From an uncultured Bacteroidales bacterium (GTDB lineage Bacteria > Bacteroidota > Bacteroidia > Bacteroidales > CAYTAU01), in the NCBI GenBank assembly GCA_964435855.1, contig CAYTAU010000003.1:20096-84095 (forward strand): 64,000 nt of DNA, written 5' to 3'. Made by a program: the position numbers and the translations under genes. Every line of letters begins with the position of its first letter. The first letter of the stretch is position 1. The notes under the pieces were generated by a model, which saw only the letters and a program-made list of their open reading frames with translations, searched no databases and was not told the origin of the DNA. Positions 28,403 through 37,860 of the stretch are shown here, piece after piece.

Positions 28403-29707
28403 ATGAAACACATAATACTTTACATATTTATACTCACTAACTTTGCAGCATTGGCACAAGATACTACAGGTGAAGATTATTTTAACACCGATTATCTGCG
28501 ATATCAAAATCATACATATAAAGAATACATAAAAACCATACAATTACACAAAGAAGGCTGGGAAATGACTTATCCTGTAATTGCACTTAAAACTAGAGAT
28601 AGACTTGTACTAAGTTTCGACGATATTGAAACAGAAGTTAAAAGCTACTCTTACACATTTGTACATTGTAATGCCAAATGGGAACCAACAAACCTTTTGC
28701 CCAATGAATATCTTGATGGTTTTATAGAAAATGAAATTAAAGATTACGAATTTTCTTTTAACACAACTTACGAATACACACATTATAAATTAACATTTCC
28801 AAACGATGATATTAAACTAAAAATATCGGGCAATTATATTATAAAAGTTTATCTTGATTATGATAAAGAAAATATTGTTTTAACCCGTAGGTTTTCTATT
28901 GTAGAACACAAAGTTGAAATTAAACCAACAGTAAAACAGGCAACTATTATTGACGAAAGAAAATACAGTCATGAAATAGATTTTACAATAAACCACACAG
29001 GATATAATATAAACGATCCCTTTGGCGAATTAACAGTTGTAATTACACAAAACAACAGGTGGGACAATGCTAAAGACGATTTAAAACCACTGTTTATTAA
29101 AGATAAAGAATTGTTATACGATTACGATTACGAAAACGTATTTAAAGCAGGTAGTGAGTTTCGAAACTTTGATATTAAAAGTATCAGGTATCAATCGCAA
29201 TACATATCGCAGGTTGAATATGTAAAACCACACTATCATGTTAAATTATTAAGCGATGAAGTCCGCAGATTTAAAGTCTATTTTCACGAAATTGATATAA
29301 ACGGCAGATATTATATAAAATATCAGGAAGGTGAAGATAGTAATGTAGAAGCCGATTATGTTTATGTTTACTTTACCCTGCCCTACGATGCCCCAATGAT
29401 AGATGGAAATTTTTACGTTTTTGGTGCTTTGTCAGACTGGAATTTTAACAACAATAATCAAATGATATATAATTTTGAAAAAAAAGCATATCAGCTAAAA
29501 ATGTTGTTAAAACAAGGTTATTATAATTATCAGTATGTGTATTTACAAGATGGTAAAACCAAAGCCGACCATACTTTTATTGAAGGAAGTCATTACGAAA
29601 CCGAAAACGATTATATAATTTATGTTTATCATCGCGGTATTTCCTCTCGCTACGATAAGTTAATAGGTTTTGAAATAGTTAATTCAATTAAAAAAAATCT
29701 GGAATAA
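28403..29707 (+). CDS. DUF5103-type conserved Bacteroidota exported protein
   Basis: LSFDD, HCNAKW, SFNT, SGNY, QNNRW, EFRNFD, LLKQGYYNY, EGSHYETENDY. Confidence 0.8.
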   Translation: MKHIILYIFILTNFAALAQDTTGEDYFNTDYLRYQNHTYKEYIKTIQLHKEGWEMTYPVIALKTRDRLVLSFDDIETEVKSYSYTFVHCNAKWEPTNLLPNEYLDGFIENEIKDYEFSFNTTYEYTHYKLTFPNDDIKLKISGNYIIKVYLDYDKENIVLTRRFSIVEHKVEIKPTVKQATIIDERKYSHEIDFTINHTGYNINDPFGELTVVITQNNRWDNAKDDLKPLFIKDKELLYDYDYENVFKAGSEFRNFDIKSIRYQSQYISQVEYVKPHYHVKLLSDEVRRFKVYFHEIDINGRYYIKYQEGEDSNVEADYVYVYFTLPYDAPMIDGNFYVFGALSDWNFNNNNQMIYNFEKKAYQLKMLLKQGYYNYQYVYLQDGKTKADHTFIEGSHYETENDYIIYVYHRGISSRYDKLIGFEIVNSIKKNLE

Positions 29708-29712
29708 ACATT

Positions 29713-30834
29713 TTGCAAAACAATCTGCATTTACATATAATCTCATTTAATATTCCATTTCCTCCAAACTATGGAGGAATAATTGATGTTTTTTATAAAC
29801 TCAGGTCTTTAAAACAATTGGGAGTTAAAATCCATTTGCATTGTTTTGAATATGGTAGAAAAAGAGCCAAAGAACTAAACCAATATTGTGAAACCGTAAA
29901 CTATTACAAAAGATTATTGGGCATAACACAGGCAATAGGCAAAAAACCTTATATTGTTAAAACACGCAAATCTGATGAATTACTAAACAATCTTTTAAAA
30001 GACAATCACCCAATAATGTTTGAAGGGCTTCACACAACATTTCATTTAAACAGTCCTCATTTAAAAGACAGATTTACAATTGTTCGTACCCACAATATCG
30101 AATCCGATTATTACATTAAATTACATGCTGTAGAGAAAAATTTGTTTAAACAAATCTATTACGAAGAAGAAGCAGCTAGACTAAAAAGATATGAACCTGT
30201 ATTAAAAAATGCTTCTTTAATAGCAGCTATTTCCAATAACGACTATAAATACTTTAACTCACGATATTCCAATACTACTTTTATTCCCGCATTTCACCCA
30301 AACGATGAAATTTCAATAAAAAAGGGTACAGGTAACTTTATTTTATATCACGGAAATTTATCTGTTGCCGAAAACATTAGTGCTGCTAAAAAACTAATCA
30401 ATTCTGTCTTTAGCAAAATTGATTATTCCGTTAAAATTGCAGGAAGAAATCCTGAAAAATCATTAATCAAACTTTCAAATAAATTTAAAAATATTGAGCT
30501 TATCGCAAATCCTTCCGATAAAGAGATGAATAGTTTAATAACTAATGCTCAAATAAATATTTTAACAACATCTCAAAATACCGGGATTAAACTTAAACTT
30601 ATTGCCTCTATGTTTAGTGGCAGACATTGTATTGTAAACGATATGATGATTAACAACACAGGACTTGAAAATTTGTGCCATATTGCAAATTCGCCAAAGC
30701 AGATAATTAAAAAAATTAATGAGCTTTGGGAAAAAGAAATTGACGATTCAATTACGAATGAAAGAAATAAAATTTTATTTCAGCAATATTCAAATATTAA
30801 AAATGCTACAAAACTTGTTAGTTTCTTAAGCTGA
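29713..30834 (+). CDS. glycosyltransferase (GT4-like)
   Basis: PFPPNYGGIIDVFY, HNIE, YHGNLSVAEN, TGIKLKL. Confidence 0.8.
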   Translation: MQNNLHLHIISFNIPFPPNYGGIIDVFYKLRSLKQLGVKIHLHCFEYGRKRAKELNQYCETVNYYKRLLGITQAIGKKPYIVKTRKSDELLNNLLKDNHPIMFEGLHTTFHLNSPHLKDRFTIVRTHNIESDYYIKLHAVEKNLFKQIYYEEEAARLKRYEPVLKNASLIAAISNNDYKYFNSRYSNTTFIPAFHPNDEISIKKGTGNFILYHGNLSVAENISAAKKLINSVFSKIDYSVKIAGRNPEKSLIKLSNKFKNIELIANPSDKEMNSLITNAQINILTTSQNTGIKLKLIASMFSGRHCIVNDMMINNTGLENLCHIANSPKQIIKKINELWEKEIDDSITNERNKILFQQYSNIKNATKLVSFLS

Positions 30835-30877
30835 ATTGTTCAATTGTTACATTGTTATTTGTGAATGTAGACTAGGA

Positions 30878-30908
30878 GGCACGGATTACTCTTCGTTAAA
30901 TCCGCGCC
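30878..30908. repeat. REP-like hairpin between convergent genes
   Basis: GGCACGGATT-N11-AATCCGCGCC (9/10 paired), preceded by ATTGTT(CA/AC) octamers at ~30835-30856. Confidence 0.65.
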
Positions 30909-30940
30909 ATTTGGGGTCAATCCATTTGTTAAATAATCAA

Positions 30941-31714
30941 TTAATCCTTTACACAGCGAACAGAAAAACCAAAACTATTAAGATGCCCCTGCCTCTCTAT
31001 TATGCTGTCATAGCAGCCTAGAGCTCGGTTCCAGGCATTGTTAGTATCGTACACGGTAGAACTCCACCAGTAGCCGTGAAAGCCAAAGTTTAAGAATGGC
31101 CCATCGGGATTACGGTTGCCACCCGCAAGCGCCGTAAAACCGCTGCTGTTGTCCGCACCAGTATTGGGGCTATACCAATGTGACGTGCCGGCCTCTTTCA
31201 TTTTTCCACCTGCTACACTTTCCCCTCCCAGATAATCTGTTAACGTTGTCCATTCTACATCAGTTGGCACGTGCCAGCCAGTGGGACATACATTACGGCT
31301 GTCAGTTACTGCATACCATGTATATGTCCTGCCATAAGTAGCAACATTACTGTCGTTACCATTATAAGCAGCCCATTGGTATTTGGGTGTGCTTTCAGAA
31401 CTTATATCTAATGTAGCAGGAGTTGTAGTGCCAATAACATCACCATTACTGTACTTGGTAACTTTCAGGTTTTCTTTCATCCAACATTGGCTGCCTATGC
31501 TTACGGTGTTGTAAGTGTTGCCGTCTATGTCGGTAATGGTGCTTGTTCCACATGCGAACGAGTTATAAAAAATAACACTGTCAATTGTGGATACAGCTCG
31601 CTTGTACACTATTGCCCCCGAATTGTATATGTACAAAGTATCCTGTGAAATAGCTACTGTGCATACAAATAATAATGCTGTAATAATTGTAATGATTGTA
31701 ATGATTGTTTTCAT
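30941..31714 (-). CDS. FISUMP (Fibrobacter succinogenes major paralogous) domain protein
   Basis: DIDGNTYNTVSIGSQCWMKENL, YGRTYTW, CPTGWHVPT, SGFTALAGG, GFSVRCVKD. Confidence 0.9.
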   Translation of the reverse strand: MKTIITIITIITALLFVCTVAISQDTLYIYNSGAIVYKRAVSTIDSVIFYNSFACGTSTITDIDGNTYNTVSIGSQCWMKENLKVTKYSNGDVIGTTTPATLDISSESTPKYQWAAYNGNDSNVATYGRTYTWYAVTDSRNVCPTGWHVPTDVEWTTLTDYLGGESVAGGKMKEAGTSHWYSPNTGADNSSGFTALAGGNRNPDGPFLNFGFHGYWWSSTVYDTNNAWNRALGCYDSIIERQGHLNSFGFSVRCVKD

Positions 31715-31729
31715 TTTTTATTTCCTCCT

Positions 31730-32257
31730 TTATTTTAGTTGCTTTAAAAATTTAATGGTTTCTATTTTGTTGCTACTCTGTACTCGACAAACATACAGCC
31801 CTTGTGGTATCTGTGCTACATTAATTGTAACGAGATTTGTGCCATTCTGGCTACTTATCATTTGTTGGTGTACTACCTTGCCTTGTACATCAATAATGTA
31901 TACCTGCACTTTATCTGATTTTATTGATTCATAACTAATTTGTAATTGGTCAATTACAGGATTAGGATAGAGTATAATGTTGCTGCTTTCTTTATTGCCA
32001 ATTAGTGAAATATTAGTTGTTAAGTCAATGAAATTTAGGTAGCGAATGTTACTTAATGCGTAATTACTCATACTCCCATCGGTTTTATTTACCGTCATGT
32101 TTCCCGTGAAAAAGGTTAATTTTCTTATGCTGTCTAACATGTAAGAGGTTTGTATTCCACTATGCTCCTTAACATACAGCGTGCTTTGAGCTTGTATGCC
32201 TGTCAGTCCTATACCTAACAAGAATAAAGCACTTAATTTTACTTTTTTGTGTCGCAT
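31730..32257 (-). CDS. small T9SS-secreted protein (two short beta modules + CTD)
   Basis: signal peptide; LYPNPV...GLYVCRV...KFLK CTD. Confidence 0.8.
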   Translation of the reverse strand: MRHKKVKLSALFLLGIGLTGIQAQSTLYVKEHSGIQTSYMLDSIRKLTFFTGNMTVNKTDGSMSNYALSNIRYLNFIDLTTNISLIGNKESSNIILYPNPVIDQLQISYESIKSDKVQVYIIDVQGKVVHQQMISSQNGTNLVTINVAQIPQGLYVCRVQSSNKIETIKFLKQLK

Positions 32258-32348
32258 TTTACCTTCTTTTTTTTGTTAATACTAATTTATTTATGTTGCT
32301 GTGACTCTGTTTTCAATGAAAATTTATGTGTTTTTAATAAAACTGAAT

Positions 32349-33377
32349 TTACTTTTGAATCAATATTTTCCTAACATAATTTTCTTTATCATTATGTATA
32401 GTTATAAAATATATCCCATTTTCAAGTTTGCTAACATCAATAGTCTGATTTGTGTTTTGGGTTATATTTTTATTAAGCATTTCTTGTCCTTGTATATTCT
32501 TAATTGTTACAATATAATTTTGCATTGTAGTTTTTGAGTTTTCAATTATTATTTTGTCTGTTGCCGGATTTGGATAAACTGAAACCTCTGCATTTAAAGA
32601 ATATTCAGAAATTTCCACAGGATTGTCCTTTAAGCAACGTACCGAAAAACCTGTCGACATACTAGGCTCGTTCCGATATATCTGTGTGGTCAAGTAACTC
32701 AAATTTCGTGTCCACGCAAAAGCACTGATACCAGTAGAAGTCCACAAAAACGTGTAGTTACCGCGAAAAACATAATTGCCAGAGACTCGACAACCCGAAG
32801 GGACAACTGTGAAACCCGAAGTATTAAATTCGGCATCGCCTGTTAAAGCACCAGCAGTCCAGTTTTGAACCGCAACATGTGCTGCCATTTTGCTGCCTTC
32901 ATTTGTCCCTCGCCCGTCGATAGCATCCTGTTGAGCTACAGTCATACCCAAAAATCCTTCAAGTGTTTTCCATTCGGTATCAGTAGGTACATGCCAACCA
33001 TCAGGACATATTCCCTGTGCTCCTTCGGTTATTGAACCATTCATTGCTGCACTCCATTGATAAACCATACCAAGAGAAACTGCTGCTGTACAATCCTCTC
33101 CGTCATTTGTATTATTTGGAGGGCAAGAATACCATGCCTGATCAGTTCCCCAACCTGCATCACCATGTATTACTGCACCCTTTGTAATTGGAGAATTATC
33201 AGGGTATTTCGTCGTACGCATATTTTCTTTTATCCAACATTGAGTACCAAGCAAAACTGTATTATACCAGTTACCTTCAATATCCTGTACCAAGTCAGTT
33301 CCACAAGTAAATTGTGCAAAAAGGTTCATATTTAGCATACATAGTGCAGTAATTGTTGTGAGTATTAGTTTTTTCAT
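32349..33377 (-). CDS. FISUMP domain protein with T9SS CTD
   Basis: DIEGNWYNTV, QGICPDGWHVPT, GFSVRCLKD, VYPNPA...GIYFI...KILIQK. Confidence 0.9.
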   Translation of the reverse strand: MKKLILTTITALCMLNMNLFAQFTCGTDLVQDIEGNWYNTVLLGTQCWIKENMRTTKYPDNSPITKGAVIHGDAGWGTDQAWYSCPPNNTNDGEDCTAAVSLGMVYQWSAAMNGSITEGAQGICPDGWHVPTDTEWKTLEGFLGMTVAQQDAIDGRGTNEGSKMAAHVAVQNWTAGALTGDAEFNTSGFTVVPSGCRVSGNYVFRGNYTFLWTSTGISAFAWTRNLSYLTTQIYRNEPSMSTGFSVRCLKDNPVEISEYSLNAEVSVYPNPATDKIIIENSKTTMQNYIVTIKNIQGQEMLNKNITQNTNQTIDVSKLENGIYFITIHNDKENYVRKILIQK

Positions 33378-33388
33378 AATATAAAATT

Positions 33389-33811
33389 TTAAAAATTATA
33401 CTTTACAGCATACCAGATTGCAACAAATTCTTCAATTGTAACTTGGGCATCTATTGAAAACTGAATGTCGTTTGAATAACTCGAATTTCCTGAATAAACC
33501 TTACCATTATTTATTGTAGCCAAAACATCATTATTATAAGTTGATGTTCCTTTGTATATTTTCCCGTCTTTGATTGTCATTACAATGTCGTTACTATAAG
33601 TTGAAGCTCCTTCGTATACTTTTCCATCCGAAACATTATAAAGTACCTCACTCGAATAAGAGCTATTTCCTTTGTATATTTTGTTTCCACTTACATTACA
33701 AATTATATCAGATGAATAATTTGATGTTTTCTTGTATATTTTACCGTCCGAAATGTTGCATATTACATCACTACTATAAGATGATGTTCCTTTGTAAACT
33801 TTTGCTTTCAT
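33389..33811 (-). CDS. hypothetical protein with six ~20-aa beta repeats
   Basis: K[IV]YKGxSxYSSD[VI]xxN[IV]xDG repeated. Confidence 0.7.
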   Translation of the reverse strand: MKAKVYKGTSSYSSDVICNISDGKIYKKTSNYSSDIICNVSGNKIYKGNSSYSSEVLYNVSDGKVYEGASTYSNDIVMTIKDGKIYKGTSTYNNDVLATINNGKVYSGNSSYSNDIQFSIDAQVTIEEFVAIWYAVKYNF

Positions 33812-33917
33812 ACCTTCAAATTTTAAAAATTAATAAACTGTTTATTCTCCAAAAATAACAAAAAAAGGGAGAGAGCAAAAAAACCCTTGTTCTTATTAAG
33901 TTTAATCTTGGGAAAAT

Positions 33918-34247
33918 TGATTTTTCCCTATCCCAAATCCTTTTTTCCTTAGTACATAAACAATATTCTTTACAGCAAATCCAATATTCCTTACAGCAAA
34001 TCCTTTTTTCCTTAGTCCATAAACAATATTCCTTACAGCAAATCCAATATTCTTTAGCTAAAATTCAATATGCTGTAAAGAAGCATGACATTCCTTAGCG
34101 AAAATCCAATATTCCTTACAGCAAATCCTTTATTCTTTAGCGAAAATTCAATATGCTGTAAAGAAGCATGACATTCTTTAGCGAAAATCCAATATTCTTT
34201 ACAGCAAATCCAATATTCTTTACAGAAAATTTAATATTCTCTAAATA
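33918..34247. repeat. tandem array of ~16 units of 21 bp with higher-order structure
   Basis: consensus CCAATATTC(C/T)TTACAGCAAAT; variant units CCTTTTTTCCTTAGT(A/C)CATAA and TCAATATGCTGTAAAGAAGCA; 63-bp and 83-bp super-repeats. Confidence 0.92.
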
Positions 34248-34595
34248 TTATTCTTCTTTTTTCTTATCGTGGTGCATTTGTTCTCTAAGCTTTCTTAATC
34301 GCTTTGCAAGTGGGGTATCTTTGCCCAATACACCTACCATAGCATCTGTATTGGTTGATGCAAAACCATAAGCATCATCTAATGTTTCTACAGTAATTTG
34401 AGTTTGTTTTACCAAATCTGCCTTCATTTTTTCTTGTTTAGCATCTTCTTCTACTGCTTTTTCATTTTTTTCGTTTTGTTTGCCAATACGTTTTTCTACC
34501 AAAAAACCTGCTGCTTCAAGTTCTTTTTGGTTTTGTTCCATAAATTCTGCTATTACTTTAGAAAAAGAAAGTTTGTCTGCATAAGTTAATGACAT
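34248..34595 (-). CDS. small charged helical hypothetical protein
   Basis: 115-aa ORF with ATG start, K/E/Q-rich, coiled-coil-like middle; no motif recognised. Confidence 0.7.
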   Translation of the reverse strand: MSLTYADKLSFSKVIAEFMEQNQKELEAAGFLVEKRIGKQNEKNEKAVEEDAKQEKMKADLVKQTQITVETLDDAYGFASTNTDAMVGVLGKDTPLAKRLRKLREQMHHDKKKEE

Positions 34596-34674
34596 AATAA
34601 ATTTGTTTTAAGTGAATAATTAATTTTTGAACTTGTTAACGAGGTAAAGATAAGAAAAATGTTTTAATACTACA

Positions 34675-34754
34675 AATGATTTAATGATTTAATGATACAA
34701 TGATACAATGATTTAATGATACAATGATTTAATGATACAATGATTTAATGATAC
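34675..34754. repeat. octamer microsatellite AATGAT(TT/AC) x10
   Basis: ten contiguous 8-bp units read directly. Confidence 0.95.
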
Positions 34755-34873
34755 AATAAAATAAAGCAAACAATTGTTAAAAATTGTTAAAGAAATGTAT
34801 GAAATATGCTTATAACATCGCTAAATTTTAAAAATCAGCTTATATTTGTGAAAAATATAAAATTTAAAACAAA

Positions 34874-36337
34874 ATGAACAAGAAATTATTATTACTTTTT
34901 ATACTAAGTTTTTTAATTGTGTCGGTCAATTTATTTGCAGATGGATACAAAATTAAAGTAAAAATAAACGGTGTTAGCGATACAATTGCATATCTTGGAA
35001 ATCACTACGGAGATAAAAAATATGCCATTGATACAACTGTAATTGACAAAAATGGAGTTGGTGTATTTCAGGGAAACAAGAACTTAGAGGGTGGAATATA
35101 TCTGGTACTATTACCTTCAAGAGGAATGACATATTTTGAACTTTTGGTTGACAATGATCAGGACTTCTACTTAGAAACAGACACTATCAATTTTGTTGAA
35201 CATATGAAAGTTAGTGGCTCTGTAGAAAACAAACTATTTTACGAATTTCAAAATAAAATGGTAAAACTGCAGGAAAAAGGAATGGAATTGCAAAAATTAT
35301 TACAAAAAGTAAAAGACAATAAAGATTCTACAAAAATTGTTAAAGACCAACTACAAAAACTTACTGAAGAAAAAGATGAATATTGGAACAAACTAATAAC
35401 AGACAAACCCAAAGCAATGCTAGCAGTAATGCTTAAAGCAATGCAAGATCCTGTTATGCCAGAATTTGATATACCAAAAAATTGTACAAACCCTGATTCC
35501 TTAAAACGTGCAAAAACATATTTTTACAATAAAGACCATTATTTTGATAATATTGACTTTACAGATTCCAGAATTTTAAGAACTCCAATATTTCATAATA
35601 AGTTGGATACTTATATGAAAAAAATGATTTTACAACACCCTGACACCATTATAAAAGAGGGCGACAGACTTGTAAAATTTTCTGAACCCGACACAAATAT
35701 GTTCCGTTACATGCTAGTTTATATGTTAGGATATTATGAAAAAACAAAAATAATGGGAATGGATAAAGTTTTTGTTTTCTTTGGCGAAAATTACTATCTT
35801 ACAGATAAAGCTTATTGGGCAGATTCAAGCCTAAAAGCAAAAATAGCAGAACGAGTTATTGCTCTTAAACCAAACCTTATGGGACAAAAAGCTCCCAATA
35901 TTAAGCTCGAAACAATTGATGGCAAACCAATATCGTTATGGGATGTAAAAGCAGATTATACAATATTGTATTTTTACGAACCAAGTTGCGGACACTGCAA
36001 AAAAGTAACACCTAAATTACTGGAAACATATCATAAATATAAAAAGCATAATGTTGAAGTATTTGCGATATTTACTCAACACGATAGAAAAGAATGGCAA
36101 GGATATATTGATAAACATAAATTAGACTGGATAAATGTTTACGACAAATATAACTACTCAAATTTTAGAACAAAATACGATATATACTCTACTCCTGTTA
36201 TGTATATGCTAAACGATAAAAAAGAAATTATTGCAAAACGACTAGATTTTGAGCAAATTGATGAAATGCTTAAACGTCTTTTAGGACTAACCGATGAAGA
36301 AGAAAATAAAGATGACGGAGAAAAGAAGACTGAATAA
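34874..36337 (+). CDS. exported TlpA/ResA-like thioredoxin-domain protein (paralog A)
   Basis: signal peptide, helical middle region, FYEPSCGHCKK. Confidence 0.85.
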   Translation: MNKKLLLLFILSFLIVSVNLFADGYKIKVKINGVSDTIAYLGNHYGDKKYAIDTTVIDKNGVGVFQGNKNLEGGIYLVLLPSRGMTYFELLVDNDQDFYLETDTINFVEHMKVSGSVENKLFYEFQNKMVKLQEKGMELQKLLQKVKDNKDSTKIVKDQLQKLTEEKDEYWNKLITDKPKAMLAVMLKAMQDPVMPEFDIPKNCTNPDSLKRAKTYFYNKDHYFDNIDFTDSRILRTPIFHNKLDTYMKKMILQHPDTIIKEGDRLVKFSEPDTNMFRYMLVYMLGYYEKTKIMGMDKVFVFFGENYYLTDKAYWADSSLKAKIAERVIALKPNLMGQKAPNIKLETIDGKPISLWDVKADYTILYFYEPSCGHCKKVTPKLLETYHKYKKHNVEVFAIFTQHDRKEWQGYIDKHKLDWINVYDKYNYSNFRTKYDIYSTPVMYMLNDKKEIIAKRLDFEQIDEMLKRLLGLTDEEENKDDGEKKTE

Positions 36338-36360
36338 TTTTTTTTAAACATAACATAACT

Positions 36361-37767
36361 TTGAAATATCTACAGGTAAATATACTTCTCATTTTTTTGT
36401 TTATCTGCAGTTTTTCATATTCTCAATACAACATAAATATTAAAGTTGATAAGCTAACAAATTCTAATTTGTATCTTGGGTATCATTATGGTTTAAAAAC
36501 ATTTATTGTTGATACTATTCAAATTAACAATAAAGGTGAAGGAATTTTTAAAGGAACCGAAAAACTGCAACAAGGAATATATTTTATTGCATTTCCCTCA
36601 ATGAACTATTTTGATTTTATGATAACTGAAAATCAAAACTTTTCTATTGTAACAGATACCAGCAATTTTTTAGAAACCTTAAATTTTAAAAACTCAAACG
36701 AAAATCAGATATTTTTAGAATATCAAATTACAAGCGCTAAATTAAGGATGGCGTTAACAAAGCAAAAAACACAATTAGGTAAATACAGGCATATTCCCGA
36801 TTCTGTTAAACAAATACAAAACTCAATAAACAAACTTAGCAATACAATAAAGCAATACAAAGCAAAAATAATTAGTGAAAATAAAGCTGCTCTTTTCACA
36901 AAAATAATTAATGCACTTTCGGAACCTGTTATTCCTGAACCCGATATCAATAAACTTAGAGATTATAACTTGAATAAAGACTCCGTATTGCAGACATATA
37001 TTTATTCTTACTATAAAAACCATTATTTTGATAACTTCGATTTTTCTGACATCAGATTACTTTATTCTTCAATACTTCCTTCAAAAATTAATAGCTTTTA
37101 TTCAAAAATTGTTAATCCCATCACCGATTCTCTGATATTTGAAACAAACAAACTTATTAAAAAAGCAGGTGTAAATGCCGATATGTATAAATTCACAATA
37201 ATATATTTGCTTTCTATATTTGAATCTACAGGCAAAATGCCACACGATGAACTTTTTGTGCATATTGCCGAAACATATTATTTATCGGGAAAAGCAAAAT
37301 GGATGAGCAAAACCTTACTCAATCAATTAAAATTACGTGTAAACAGCATTAAACCAAATATGATTGGTAAAACAGCTCCCAACTTACTTTTACAAGATGA
37401 CAAAGGACTTGATTTCAACATCAATAAACTAAATGATAAATATATACTACTTTATTTTTGGAATATAGAATGCGGGCATTGTAAAACCTATACTCCAATA
37501 TTGCACAATATCAGTAATATATATCAAAATAAAATAAAATTTATTGCTGTATATACCGAAAACGACAAAGATAACTGGCTAAAATACATATCGGATAATA
37601 AACTTAACAACTGGACAAATGCTTATGACCAAAGCGGGAATTCAAACCTAATAAATCTTTACGATATATATAAAACACCAAGAATATACATGCTCGATAA
37701 AAACAAAACAATAATAGCTAAGGATATTGAAGTGGAGAATATTGAAAAATATCTTAACAATTTATAA
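36361..37767 (+). CDS. exported TlpA/ResA-like thioredoxin-domain protein (paralog B)
   Basis: collinear with the upstream gene; FWNIECGHCK; TTG start. Confidence 0.82.
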   Translation: MKYLQVNILLIFLFICSFSYSQYNINIKVDKLTNSNLYLGYHYGLKTFIVDTIQINNKGEGIFKGTEKLQQGIYFIAFPSMNYFDFMITENQNFSIVTDTSNFLETLNFKNSNENQIFLEYQITSAKLRMALTKQKTQLGKYRHIPDSVKQIQNSINKLSNTIKQYKAKIISENKAALFTKIINALSEPVIPEPDINKLRDYNLNKDSVLQTYIYSYYKNHYFDNFDFSDIRLLYSSILPSKINSFYSKIVNPITDSLIFETNKLIKKAGVNADMYKFTIIYLLSIFESTGKMPHDELFVHIAETYYLSGKAKWMSKTLLNQLKLRVNSIKPNMIGKTAPNLLLQDDKGLDFNINKLNDKYILLYFWNIECGHCKTYTPILHNISNIYQNKIKFIAVYTENDKDNWLKYISDNKLNNWTNAYDQSGNSNLINLYDIYKTPRIYMLDKNKTIIAKDIEVENIEKYLNNL

Positions 37768-37860
37768 TTCCGATAAAAAATAAATAGAGAAATAATATTA
37801 CATTTGTCTGCTTATAAGTATAAATAAACCGACAATAATTAGAAATAAAAATAATGCATT

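Noticed and set aside
30941-33377. Diversity-generating retroelement targeting the FISUMP C-termini
   Set aside because: No reverse transcriptase and no template repeat differing only at adenines was seen; the two genes are broadly diverged
33918-34247. CRISPR array
   Set aside because: Units are contiguous 20-21-bp variants with no unique spacers, and there are no cas genes in the window
34168-34371. 67-aa plus-strand ORF with NPIFFT repeats
   Set aside because: Translation of the DNA array plus antisense of the 115-aa gene; no independent support
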